Shown here piece after piece: positions 7,560 to 16,497 of a stretch of DNA of 35,788 bases. The stretch is from IMG/VR virus record IMGVR_UViG_3300008255_000272, positions 1 through 35,788 of that record. The stretch is one strand, 5' to 3'. Source of the DNA: a virus (Duplodnaviria; Caudoviricetes). The notes under the pieces are model-generated. The model did not search any database. It had not been told where the DNA came from and saw only the letters and a list, made by a program, of their open reading frames with translations. How positions within the stretch are numbered: position 1 is the stretch's first letter; every line of letters begins with the position of its first letter. Both the position numbers and the translations under genes were made by a program.

Positions 7560-8915
7560 GGAAAATCGTGGCTTGGTTGTGAATGGTTGATCACTAATTG
7601 TTATTTCTATCCGGAGTCAAAATGGTTTATTGGAAGAAACGAATTGTCACGACTGATGAAGTCTAGTTTCATCACATTTAAAAAAGTCTGTAAATATCAT
7701 GGAATTCCGGACACTGATTGGAAATTAAATGGTCAGTATAATTATATTGAATTTACAAATGGATCTCGAATCGACTTACTCGATGTTGCGTATAAACCTT
7801 CTGATCCTGATTATGAAAGATTCGGATCACTTGAATACACTGGAGGATGGATTGAAGAAGCAGGTGAGGTTGAATTCAAATCATTCGATGTTCTGAAATC
7901 TCGTATTGGAAGACACATGAATAAAGATTATGGAGTGATGTCAAAATTGCTTCTAACTTGTAACCCTAACAAAGGGTGGTTGTATCGTGTGTTCTATAAA
8001 CCATATAAAGATAAAACACTTCCAGACAATTATCGTTTTCTGCAATCATTATATTCGGACAATGAATACACAGCAGATGAATATGAAGATAACTTGAATG
8101 AAATTTCCGATGATAAAACACGAAAGCGTTTGAAGCTCGGAGATTGGGAATACGATACTGATGCAATGAATATTTTTCATTACGATTCTTTGGTTGATGT
8201 ATTTACAAATACAGTCATAAAAACTGGTCAGAAATATTTGGTTGTCGATGTCGCAGATGATGGAGCAGACAAAACTGTTTTCTCGTTTTGGGAAGATCTT
8301 GAAGAATACAAGCGAGAAGAATTTTCTGGATTCAATACTGATAATATTATCGACAAAATTCGTGAGTACGCATCGGCTGAAAGAATTCCTTATTCACATA
8401 TTTGTGTTGATGCGATCGGTGTTGGAACAGGAGTTGCAAAGAGTTCAATGCTGAATGGTATAATTGGTTACAAATCTTCGTATGCACCAATCAAGACTGA
8501 TGCAAATATTGTTGAGCTTCCAAATGTTGGATCATTAAGTCATGCACCAAAGTATGTTTCAGATTATAAAAATTTGAGATGTCAGTGTGTATTTACTTTA
8601 GGAGATTTGGTGAATAGACACTTGGTTGCTTCACGAGTTCCAGATAGTCAACGAGATACAATTATTCAAGAGTTATCACAATATAAAGATGTGACAGTGC
8701 CGGACCAGAAAAGAACTGCGACTTCAAAAGAAGAAATTAAAGATGCTATTGGAAGAAGTCCTGATCATTCCGACACTTGGCTCATGAGAATGTATTTCGA
8801 GATTCGTGCTGAGATGGTGAAAGATGATTCAATCGAAAGAGTGGAAATTAAAAATAAACAAATTCAAATTCTCAACAGAAATCGAAACAACATTGTTTCC
8901 AACTCAACAAGGTAG
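7560..8915 (+). CDS. terL: Terminase large subunit, main segment (begins GKSWLGCEWL)
   Basis: Frame open from 7557; Walker B WIEEAGE, coupling motif LTCNP, nuclease motifs VDVADDGAD, CVDAIGVG and RSPDHSD. Confidence 0.92.
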   Translation, partial: GKSWLGCEWLITNCYFYPESKWFIGRNELSRLMKSSFITFKKVCKYHGIPDTDWKLNGQYNYIEFTNGSRIDLLDVAYKPSDPDYERFGSLEYTGGWIEEAGEVEFKSFDVLKSRIGRHMNKDYGVMSKLLLTCNPNKGWLYRVFYKPYKDKTLPDNYRFLQSLYSDNEYTADEYEDNLNEISDDKTRKRLKLGDWEYDTDAMNIFHYDSLVDVFTNTVIKTGQKYLVVDVADDGADKTVFSFWEDLEEYKREEFSGFNTDNIIDKIREYASAERIPYSHICVDAIGVGTGVAKSSMLNGIIGYKSSYAPIKTDANIVELPNVGSLSHAPKYVSDYKNLRCQCVFTLGDLVNRHLVASRVPDSQRDTIIQELSQYKDVTVPDQKRTATSKEEIKDAIGRSPDHSDTWLMRMYFEIRAEMVKDDSIERVEIKNKQIQILNRNRNNIVSNSTR

Positions 8916-8924
8916 TGGTATAAT
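8916..8924 (+). promoter_or_regulatory. Extended -10 promoter TGGTATAAT
   Basis: TGnTATAAT recurs in intergenic positions at 12920, 17917, 20107, 23560 and 26106. Confidence 0.65.
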
Positions 8925-8962
8925 TTTATTAACATTTTTATTAACTAATTATTAAAAACAAA

Positions 8963-10432
8963 ATGGCAAACATTAGTGGGGCAAAATATGATAACCGAAC
9001 AGCTTCAGGTATCGTAAAAAGTGGTGTAGGAAAAGTTTTCGGAATTATTGTAAATTCACACACATCAGGAACATTCGCCTTGAATGATGGATTGAGTTCA
9101 AACGATGAGTCAGCCAACAAAGCGGTTGTGACTCTTACTTTGACAGGAGCTATTACAGCAGGAGTTCATGCAGAAAGCAAAGTGACAGTTGACACTATTG
9201 CAAACGGAAATGAAATCGAAATTGGTGACATTACATATACTGCGGTGACAGCTCTATCAACAGAGCCGGCAGTTCCTTATGAAGTTTTGATTGGAGCAAG
9301 TGATGCAACTTTCTTGGACAATCTAAAATCTGCTATTAACGGAACAGCAGGAGCAGGTACAACTTATTCAACAGGAACAGTTGCTCATCCTTTGGTGATT
9401 GCAACAACAAATGCTGATGCAACTCAAATTGTTGTTTCAAGAACTGTTGGAATTGGAAACAATGATGTTGTAACAACTGGAACAGCAACTCGTGTTGTTT
9501 GGGAAGACACAACTCTTGGAGGTGGAACAGGAGATTCAACAGCCGGAGTTGATGGCGAAACAGTCACAATTTCAACTCTTGAATTTGCAGAATCAGTTTT
9601 GACAGCCAATGGAACTATTTCAGATGGTGATGAAATCACAATTGGAGATAAAACTTATGTTGCGAAAACTGCTCTTTCAAGTGCAGTCCGACCAAACGAA
9701 GTTTTGATTGGTGTATCAACAGCAGTGTTTCTTGATAACTTGAAATCAGCTATTAATGGATCAGCCGGAGAAGGAACAACTTATTCAACAGGAACAGTTG
9801 CACATCAATTTGTTGAAGCTACTACAAATACAGATACAACTCAAAAAATCGTTGCGAGAATTGCAGGAGAAGATCAAAACACTTTGGCAACAACTGAAAC
9901 ATCAGCGAGTCTGTCTTGGGCGGATACAACTATTGGTGGAGGAACAGGAAATTCAAACCCTGCTCACAACACAGTTGATTCTCAAACATATACTTTCGTA
10001 ACTGCTCTTTCAGAAACATCTGGAGCGACAGCAGTTCCAAATCAAATCTTGTTTGGAGCATCTAGTGCAACAGCATTGGATAACTTGAAACTAGCTATTA
10101 CAGGGGGAGCTACTGAAGGAACAGAATACTCAACTGGATCAAGCCAAACTTCACTTGTGACAGCTACAACAAATGCGGACACAACTCAAATTCTTGAAGC
10201 ATTGTTTGCAGGAGTTCAAGGAAATTACATTAATGTTTCAGACACAATTGCAAACGGAGCGTTTGGAACAGGAACATTAATTGGTGGAGTTGATGCAACA
10301 ACTATTATTACAACAACATGGACACTCGCTTCTGGTCCTCAAATGATTACATTTCCAGAGCCTATCGAATTTTACACAGGTCTTTACCTTGTTGTTGGTG
10401 GAACACTTGATTGCACAGTTCTTTACGCATAA
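8963..10432 (+). CDS. Virion spike/decoration protein with three internal repeat domains
   Basis: Three copies of (F/A)LDNLKxAIxG..GxxYSTG...ATTNxDxTQ; Thr/Gly/Ala-rich; between terL and portal. Confidence 0.65.
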   Translation: MANISGAKYDNRTASGIVKSGVGKVFGIIVNSHTSGTFALNDGLSSNDESANKAVVTLTLTGAITAGVHAESKVTVDTIANGNEIEIGDITYTAVTALSTEPAVPYEVLIGASDATFLDNLKSAINGTAGAGTTYSTGTVAHPLVIATTNADATQIVVSRTVGIGNNDVVTTGTATRVVWEDTTLGGGTGDSTAGVDGETVTISTLEFAESVLTANGTISDGDEITIGDKTYVAKTALSSAVRPNEVLIGVSTAVFLDNLKSAINGSAGEGTTYSTGTVAHQFVEATTNTDTTQKIVARIAGEDQNTLATTETSASLSWADTTIGGGTGNSNPAHNTVDSQTYTFVTALSETSGATAVPNQILFGASSATALDNLKLAITGGATEGTEYSTGSSQTSLVTATTNADTTQILEALFAGVQGNYINVSDTIANGAFGTGTLIGGVDATTIITTTWTLASGPQMITFPEPIEFYTGLYLVVGGTLDCTVLYA

Positions 10433-10445
10433 CCTATAAAATAAA

Positions 10446-12272
10446 ATGTCAGAGCAAACTTCAGCAAAGAATAATGATGTTGGAGCTTTAGTTCGAAAAC
10501 TCGAAAGCGATTATCAAACTGGAGTCACAACAATCTCAAAACATGTGCAATTCAATCTCTTGGAAAACCTTGAGAGGATTGATGCATACGCAAACTCAAA
10601 ACATATTTCAGGCGACACTGATTCATTAGGAAGAGAAAAACCTTTCTTCAATATTGTTACAAGTGCAATAAATATTTGGTATCGAGCGACTGATATTGAT
10701 AGACGAGATATTAGAATCAAACCAACGAAACTAAAAGATACAACACGAGCATTTATTGCGACACAAAAATTGCAACAATGGATGCGTGATGAAAATTTTG
10801 GAAAGATCTTAAATAAATGGGGAAGGACTTTGGCAAAGTACGGATCATCTGTATTAAAATTTGTTGAAAAAGACGGAAAGCTTCATCCGATGGTTATGAA
10901 CTGGAATAAAATAATTGTGGATGCAATTGATTTCGATTCAAACCCAGTGATTGAAGTCTTGGAATATACTCCGGCACAACTTCGAAAACAAAAAGGTTAC
11001 AATCAGGAAGTTGTAAAAAGCCTACTCGCTTCTCTTTCGGCTCGTGAAACTCGTGATGGACAAAAGAAAGATACAAATGCAGGTTTCATCAAAGTTTATG
11101 AAATTCATGGAGAACTTCCAAAGTCATATCTTACAGAAAAAGAATCTGATGAAGAGAAATATGTGCAACAAATGCACGTTATGTCTTATGTTGAAACTGA
11201 TACAGAAGGCGAATACGATGATTTCTGTTTGGCGAAAGGAAGAGAACAAAAGAGTCCTTACATGATTACTCATTTGATTGAAGAAGAAGATCGTTCACAA
11301 GCTATTGGTGCAGTAGAACACTTGTTCGAATCACAATGGATGCAAAATCACTCAGTGAAAGCTATTAAAGATCATTTGGACCTTGCAAACAAATTGATTT
11401 TCCAAACGGCGGATGATACTTATGTTGGACAAAATGCTCTTTCAGCAATTGAAACAGGAGATATTCTTGTTCATGCGGACAATAAACCAATTACACAAAT
11501 CAATAATTCATCTCACGACATCACAACTTACCAAAACTTTGCAACAATGTGGAAATCACTTGGAAACGAAATTACAGGTATTTCAGAAGCGATGCTTGGG
11601 AAGACTCCGAACTCTGGAACAGCTTGGCGACAAACTGAAGCGGTATTGAGTGAATCACACGACTTGTTTGAATTAATGACAGAAAATAAAGGACTTCACA
11701 TTGAAGAAATGATGAGAGTATTTATTCTTCCACACATTAAGAAACAACTTAAAGATAGAAAAGAAATCATTTCGGTATTAGATGATCACGACATCAAACA
11801 AATTGATGCACAGTTTATCAAAATGGAAACTGATAAGAGAATCAAAAAAGAAGTTATTGATTCACTTGTTAAAGGAGAACTTCCGGTTTCAATGGATGTT
11901 GAAGCGACTCAAGAATCAGTTCAAAAAGAACTTGCTGAAATGGGCAACATGAGATCATTTGTTCCTTCAGAAATGACAGATAAACAATGGGATGATTACT
12001 TTGATGGTTTTGTTTGGGAAACAGAAGTTGAAGTTACTGGAGAAGCTTCAAACACTCAAGCTCACTTGACTACTTTGACAACAGTGTTGCAAACAATTGC
12101 GACAAATCCTCTTGTACTTACAGATCCAAATGCAAAAATGTTGTTCAATAAAATCCTTTCAATGACTGGAGCAGTTTCTCCAATTGAAATGACAACAGCA
12201 ACTCCTTCAACTCCAACATTAAGCACACCTGCAACAGCTCCGCCGACAGAAGGCACTGGCGTTGCGGTGTAG
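10446..12272 (+). CDS. Portal protein (P22-like)
   Basis: 608 aa after the terminase; KPFFNIV, LAKYGSSVLK, VYEIHG and EITGISEAMLG...SGTA motifs typical of podovirus portals. Confidence 0.82.
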   Translation: MSEQTSAKNNDVGALVRKLESDYQTGVTTISKHVQFNLLENLERIDAYANSKHISGDTDSLGREKPFFNIVTSAINIWYRATDIDRRDIRIKPTKLKDTTRAFIATQKLQQWMRDENFGKILNKWGRTLAKYGSSVLKFVEKDGKLHPMVMNWNKIIVDAIDFDSNPVIEVLEYTPAQLRKQKGYNQEVVKSLLASLSARETRDGQKKDTNAGFIKVYEIHGELPKSYLTEKESDEEKYVQQMHVMSYVETDTEGEYDDFCLAKGREQKSPYMITHLIEEEDRSQAIGAVEHLFESQWMQNHSVKAIKDHLDLANKLIFQTADDTYVGQNALSAIETGDILVHADNKPITQINNSSHDITTYQNFATMWKSLGNEITGISEAMLGKTPNSGTAWRQTEAVLSESHDLFELMTENKGLHIEEMMRVFILPHIKKQLKDRKEIISVLDDHDIKQIDAQFIKMETDKRIKKEVIDSLVKGELPVSMDVEATQESVQKELAEMGNMRSFVPSEMTDKQWDDYFDGFVWETEVEVTGEASNTQAHLTTLTTVLQTIATNPLVLTDPNAKMLFNKILSMTGAVSPIEMTTATPSTPTLSTPATAPPTEGTGVAV

Positions 12273-12305
12273 AATTATTAAAAAAAGGTGTAACTAAATA
12301 AAAAA

Positions 12306-12899
12306 ATGGCAGAAAAAATAGAAGAAAAAAAAGATGAAGCTCCAAAAGGTAGAGTTCCAATGAGATTCAATGAACAGGATTTACTTTTGATTAAAAATCT
12401 ATTCAAAGGCAACGAGCCTTTGTTATACGCTTTGCGAAAAGTGTTCTTTCAAGTTGAATTGACTGAGGAAGATTTAACAATCTTAAAGCCGATTATTATT
12501 TCTGAAGAAGCTCTAAAAGTTTTGAATAAAACTTATTATCCGGAGATTGATTTGAAAGCTCCTTTCGGACAAGTGATCGATTTGTGGTTGACTATTGATT
12601 CAAAAGATAAAGATCCAGAAGAAGTTTATAACGCTCTTCTTGTTAGAGATAGGCTGATGCAACTTATTCAATCAGGATTAAAAAGACTTAAAGGAGAAGA
12701 AACTACTCTTGAAAAAATTGTTGACTTCAAACCTGATTTTGACAAATGTGCGTTGGATAACTATGTCGAATATACTGCGAGAAACGCATTGATTAGTCAT
12801 ACAGAAATGCAATTGACTCAATTATTAAGTCTTGCAAATCGGACAGAAGAATCAGTTGAAGAATTACAAGCACGATTTAAGAAAAACAGTGCAAAATAG
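12306..12899 (+). CDS. Hypothetical head-module protein
   Basis: Helical 197-aa ORF between portal and scaffold. Confidence 0.65.
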   Translation: MAEKIEEKKDEAPKGRVPMRFNEQDLLLIKNLFKGNEPLLYALRKVFFQVELTEEDLTILKPIIISEEALKVLNKTYYPEIDLKAPFGQVIDLWLTIDSKDKDPEEVYNALLVRDRLMQLIQSGLKRLKGEETTLEKIVDFKPDFDKCALDNYVEYTARNALISHTEMQLTQLLSLANRTEESVEELQARFKKNSAK

Positions 12900-12914
12900 T
12901 ATTGCACAATTTAA

Positions 12915-12930
12915 ATGTGTGGTATAATTT
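12915..12930 (+). promoter_or_regulatory. Promoter ATGTGTGGTATAATTT for scaffold/capsid genes
   Basis: 16-mer identical to 23555-23570. Confidence 0.7.
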
Positions 12931-13009
12931 TATTATAAAAGTATAGACAACAAAATGTCTTTAAATGGCGAACGCCTCCTCGAAAAGGAAATGAATAACA
13001 TGACAAAAC

Positions 13010-13543
13010 ATGCCTGACGAAAATGAAAAAAAAGTTGTAACAGAGGAAGTTGATGAAGCGATTGATCTTGAATCAGAAATAGAACTTGGTGACAGTCCTA
13101 CTGAAGATGAAAAAGACAAGGCAATCAAAACATTGAAAGCACAAAAGGATCATTGGAGAAAAAAAGCGACTGATCCAAAACCAGAAGTTAAACCTGAAGA
13201 GAAAAAAGAAGTTCAACAAGGTGATGCACTTTCAACAGAAGATTTATATGCTCTTATGAACAACAAAGTTGCTCAAGAGGATATTGCGGAAGTTAAAGAT
13301 TATGCAAAACTGAAGGGAATCTCAATCTCTGAAGCTCTAAAATCTCCAATTGTGAAAACTATACTCGAAACTAATGAGGAAGCTCGAACTGTGGCTCAAG
13401 CAACAAACACTGGAAAGACTGCGAAGACTCAAACAGGAATTTCAGATGAAGAATTGCTATCAAATGCAAAGAAAGGGCAAATGCCTGAATCTGATGCAGA
13501 CATGGACCGACTAATCCGACTTAGAACTGGAAAGAAAAATTAA
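13010..13543 (+). CDS. Capsid scaffolding protein
   Basis: Acidic, charged and helical; immediately upstream of the capsid gene. Confidence 0.7.
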   Translation: MPDENEKKVVTEEVDEAIDLESEIELGDSPTEDEKDKAIKTLKAQKDHWRKKATDPKPEVKPEEKKEVQQGDALSTEDLYALMNNKVAQEDIAEVKDYAKLKGISISEALKSPIVKTILETNEEARTVAQATNTGKTAKTQTGISDEELLSNAKKGQMPESDADMDRLIRLRTGKKN

Positions 13544-13580
13544 AAAATAGGTGAATTATTAATATATAATTCACACTTTA

Positions 13581-14435
13581 ATGCTTAATACAATTAGTTC
13601 ACGAACATATCGTGACAAATTTCGAAAAGCAACACTTGAACAAGCGTTGAGAAACAGATTAGTAGCAGAAGCGATTTGTGAAGTTGATCGATCAGACAAC
13701 AAACGAATCCAATCTCCATACGGATCACAACCAACAGCAACAGTTCAAGCTATTGCAGGAACTTACTCAATCGACACATTTACAACAACAGATGACACTC
13801 TAACAGTGACAGATGAAGTTATTGTGGCGGAACACATCTTCGACTTTGAAGACATTTTGACACAATTTGATTTGTTCGCTTCAAGAACAGATGAAACTGT
13901 TTATCAAGTTGCAACAAAAATCGACAGATTCGTACTAAACAACCTTTGTGAAGATGGAACTGGAACTTACACAACTCCTGCCGGAGGTTTCACAACTGCT
14001 TCAAACATCAATGTGATCATGTCAAACCTTCTTTCAAAGGTTGCAGGTTACGCTGAAGTTTACAAAGGACTTTTCTTGGTTATCGAGAATACAGACATGG
14101 TTGGTTTCGCTCAAGCTCAAGCTACAAACGGATTCAACTTTGCTGACTCTGCACTTAAGAACGGATTCATGAACTCTTACATGGGTGTTGACATCTATGT
14201 TGTTCGAACAGGAACATTCGCTTCAGAAACTCTAGGAACAACTACTTACACAAATGACGGACACAGAGTGTTCGGTGTTAAGAATGTTGCAACTTACGCT
14301 TCTCCACGAGGTGTTCGATTCGAAGAAAAAGCTGTTTCAGGAAAAACAGGAATGGAAGTTGTAACTTATGGTTACATCGGATTCAAACTATGGACTCCAA
14401 AAGCAGGATTGATCATTGACATTACACTAGCGTAA
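13581..14435 (+). CDS. Major capsid protein (HK97 fold, P22 coat-like)
   Basis: 284 aa; DDTLTVTD, VATKIDRFVL, YMGVDIYV and C-terminal YGYIGFKLW pattern; position in the module; strongly biased codons. Confidence 0.8.
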   Translation: MLNTISSRTYRDKFRKATLEQALRNRLVAEAICEVDRSDNKRIQSPYGSQPTATVQAIAGTYSIDTFTTTDDTLTVTDEVIVAEHIFDFEDILTQFDLFASRTDETVYQVATKIDRFVLNNLCEDGTGTYTTPAGGFTTASNINVIMSNLLSKVAGYAEVYKGLFLVIENTDMVGFAQAQATNGFNFADSALKNGFMNSYMGVDIYVVRTGTFASETLGTTTYTNDGHRVFGVKNVATYASPRGVRFEEKAVSGKTGMEVVTYGYIGFKLWTPKAGLIIDITLA

Positions 14436-14444
14436 TTATCCACC

Positions 14445-14535
14445 TCCTTTGTTGGGGGTGTGGAGGTTGTAGTTAAGGCAGTTTTATTCACCTATTTCTG
14501 CACGAGATTATAACTTCCACATCCTCCGCAAAGGA
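14445..14535 (+). ncRNA. Long G-U-rich RNA stem-loop downstream of the capsid gene
   Basis: 29-bp stem 14445-14473/14507-14535 with 6 G-U pairs and 1 mismatch; inner GCAG/CTGC stem. Confidence 0.75.
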
Positions 14536-14550
14536 ATAACTACTAAAAAA

Positions 14551-14796
14551 ATGGCAAGAACTAAAAAAAATGAACAAGCTCCAAAGGAGAAAGAAGAAAC
14601 TCCAGTTGAAGTTGAAGCATCTCAAGAAGCTCCGGTTGTAGAAGCAGTTGTTGAAGAAACAGTTGTTGAAGCTCCAAAGGTTTCTGGCTCATACGCAGAA
14701 TTCGCAGATTTTATTGAAAGATATAAAATCCAAAATCCTGTTAAATACGAGCAAAAGAAAGAAGTATTATTGGCTCAATTAAACGCTTTAAAATAA
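14551..14796 (+). CDS. Small acidic hypothetical protein
   Basis: Glu/Val/Ala-rich ORF in the structural operon. Confidence 0.7.
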   Translation: MARTKKNEQAPKEKEETPVEVEASQEAPVVEAVVEETVVEAPKVSGSYAEFADFIERYKIQNPVKYEQKKEVLLAQLNALK

Positions 14797-14797
14797 T

Positions 14798-15211
14798 ATG
14801 GCAAATCCAAACGGACTAAACCCACATTTTTACGGATTGACATTGGAATCTATTGCATTAACACCTGATGATTCAGCTAGTGTTATTAACGTAATTCCAC
14901 CATCAGTTCGATCAGTATCAGTTGGGGCAAATGTGAATGGTGTGAACGACTTTATTGTTCTTCCATCACTTGCAGATGTTCCAAATGGTCATGTAATCAC
15001 AGTTATTTCAAACTCTGCCGGACACGAGGTAAGAACTCCTGCCAGTTCTGATGAAGAAATTAACTCAGAAAACAGTGACGGAACAAAAGAATATGCGATT
15101 GCTTCAGGCGGTCAAATCCACACTTTCACAAAAATCGATAATACTATCGGTTGGATGGGACAAGGATTTACAGCTATCGGGGCGATTGTAACGGCGGTCG
15201 TTCCTGACTAA
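14798..15211 (+). CDS. Putative head decoration / minor capsid protein
   Basis: Beta-rich; IVLPSLADVPNGHVITV motif; follows the capsid gene. Confidence 0.55.
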   Translation: MANPNGLNPHFYGLTLESIALTPDDSASVINVIPPSVRSVSVGANVNGVNDFIVLPSLADVPNGHVITVISNSAGHEVRTPASSDEEINSENSDGTKEYAIASGGQIHTFTKIDNTIGWMGQGFTAIGAIVTAVVPD

Positions 15212-15226
15212 TGAATTACACTCAAC

Positions 15227-15278
15227 TTAATTGTTGGGGATTGGTTGTGAAAAATCATATCCAATCCTTGCTAATTAA
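15227..15278 (+). other. Intergenic stem-loop (processing, stability or termination element)
   Basis: TTAATTG..GGGGATTGG..TGTGA / TCATA..CCAATCCTT..TAATTAA with G-U pairs on the + strand. Confidence 0.6.
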
Positions 15279-15286
15279 TAAATAAC

Positions 15287-16042
15287 ATGAGCATTTCATT
15301 TTCAGACACAACAAACAAATCAGGACTAATTCAAAACATCGAAGATGAGTGTGGTTTCAATGATGGCGACATCTCTGGAAACGCAACAAAGCTAAAGAAA
15401 TTTACAGCAGATATTAATAATGCAATGGATGAAATCTTTGCATTAATTTTTAAGACTGGAGGAACATGGCAATTTGACGATTCAAATCATACGAAATATC
15501 CAATAATTACAACAGCAATAAATGCAGGACAAAGAGATTATGCATTTACGACAGATGAACAAGGGAATCTTGTTTTGGATATTTACAAAGTGATGATCAA
15601 AAATGAAGAAGGAGTTTTTGTTGAAATCTATCCAGTGGACCAACAATCTGCAAACAATGCAAATTATAATGTTGATTCATTTTCGGATGGATTAGATACA
15701 GAGGGTGTTCCAGTTCGTTATGACAAAACTTCAAACGGAATCTTCCTTGATCCAGTTCCTTCTTATACGGAAGCGGTCGGATTAAAGGTATTTATCAATC
15801 GTGAAGCATCATATTTCACTTCAGCAGACACAACAAAGAAAGCCGGATTCTCAGGCTTATTCCATTATTTGTTGGTATTAATTCCGGCTTATAAATATGC
15901 TCGAATTCATCTTTCTCCATCTGATAGAGATCGGTTGAAGATTGATATTGGAGAAATGAAAGCTGAATTAATCAAGCATTATGGGAAAAGAGAAAGGGAT
16001 ATTAAAAGAAGTTTCCGACCTAGTGTCGAAAGCTGTAAATAA
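15287..16042 (+). CDS. Head-to-tail adaptor protein
   Basis: ADINNAMDE, GQRDYAF and IFLDPVP...FHYLLV pattern of podovirus adaptors; position in the module. Confidence 0.65.
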   Translation: MSISFSDTTNKSGLIQNIEDECGFNDGDISGNATKLKKFTADINNAMDEIFALIFKTGGTWQFDDSNHTKYPIITTAINAGQRDYAFTTDEQGNLVLDIYKVMIKNEEGVFVEIYPVDQQSANNANYNVDSFSDGLDTEGVPVRYDKTSNGIFLDPVPSYTEAVGLKVFINREASYFTSADTTKKAGFSGLFHYLLVLIPAYKYARIHLSPSDRDRLKIDIGEMKAELIKHYGKRERDIKRSFRPSVESCK

Positions 16043-16065
16043 TTAATTAATTAACACATAAAAAC

Positions 16066-16476
16066 ATGGCAACATTTACAAAAATCAATTCATTCGTAGA
16101 GTTTTTAGCAGAAAAGAGAATCAACTTAGGGTCAGATCAGCTTGTGATTGCTCTTACAAACACAGCACACACATCAACTTGGGATGAACTAGCAGACTTG
16201 ACTCAAGTAGCTTACACAAACTTGTCTTCAAGAAACATTACAACAACATCATCAGCACAAACAGCAGGAACATATAAACTAACTCTTACAGATTTAGTTT
16301 TGACATCATCAGGTGGTACAACTGGACCATTCCAATACATTTATGTTTACGATGATACAGCTACAAACGATGACTTAATCGCTTACTACGACTACGGATC
16401 AGCAATTACACTTCAAGATGGTGATACATTCACAATTAACTTTGACGATTCAAACGGATTTCTAACAATCGCTTAA
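16066..16476 (+). CDS. Small tail/fibre-associated structural protein
   Basis: Beta-rich; YIYVYDDT...LIAYYDYGSAITLQDGDTFTINF. Confidence 0.65.
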   Translation: MATFTKINSFVEFLAEKRINLGSDQLVIALTNTAHTSTWDELADLTQVAYTNLSSRNITTTSSAQTAGTYKLTLTDLVLTSSGGTTGPFQYIYVYDDTATNDDLIAYYDYGSAITLQDGDTFTINFDDSNGFLTIA

Positions 16477-16497
16477 TAAGCTAATCAATTTTAGCTT

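Noticed and set aside
7540-7562. Group I intron or simple homopolymer sequencing error
   Set aside because: Far too short for a ribozyme core and the junctions do not fit; a single-base change in the G run cannot restore the frame.
7372-7590. Track ORF spanning the terL gap as a real gene or a double-frameshift route
   Set aside because: It is a shadow frame of the HNH end and TerL N-terminus; using it would insert LTKL into the P-loop and needs two shifts.
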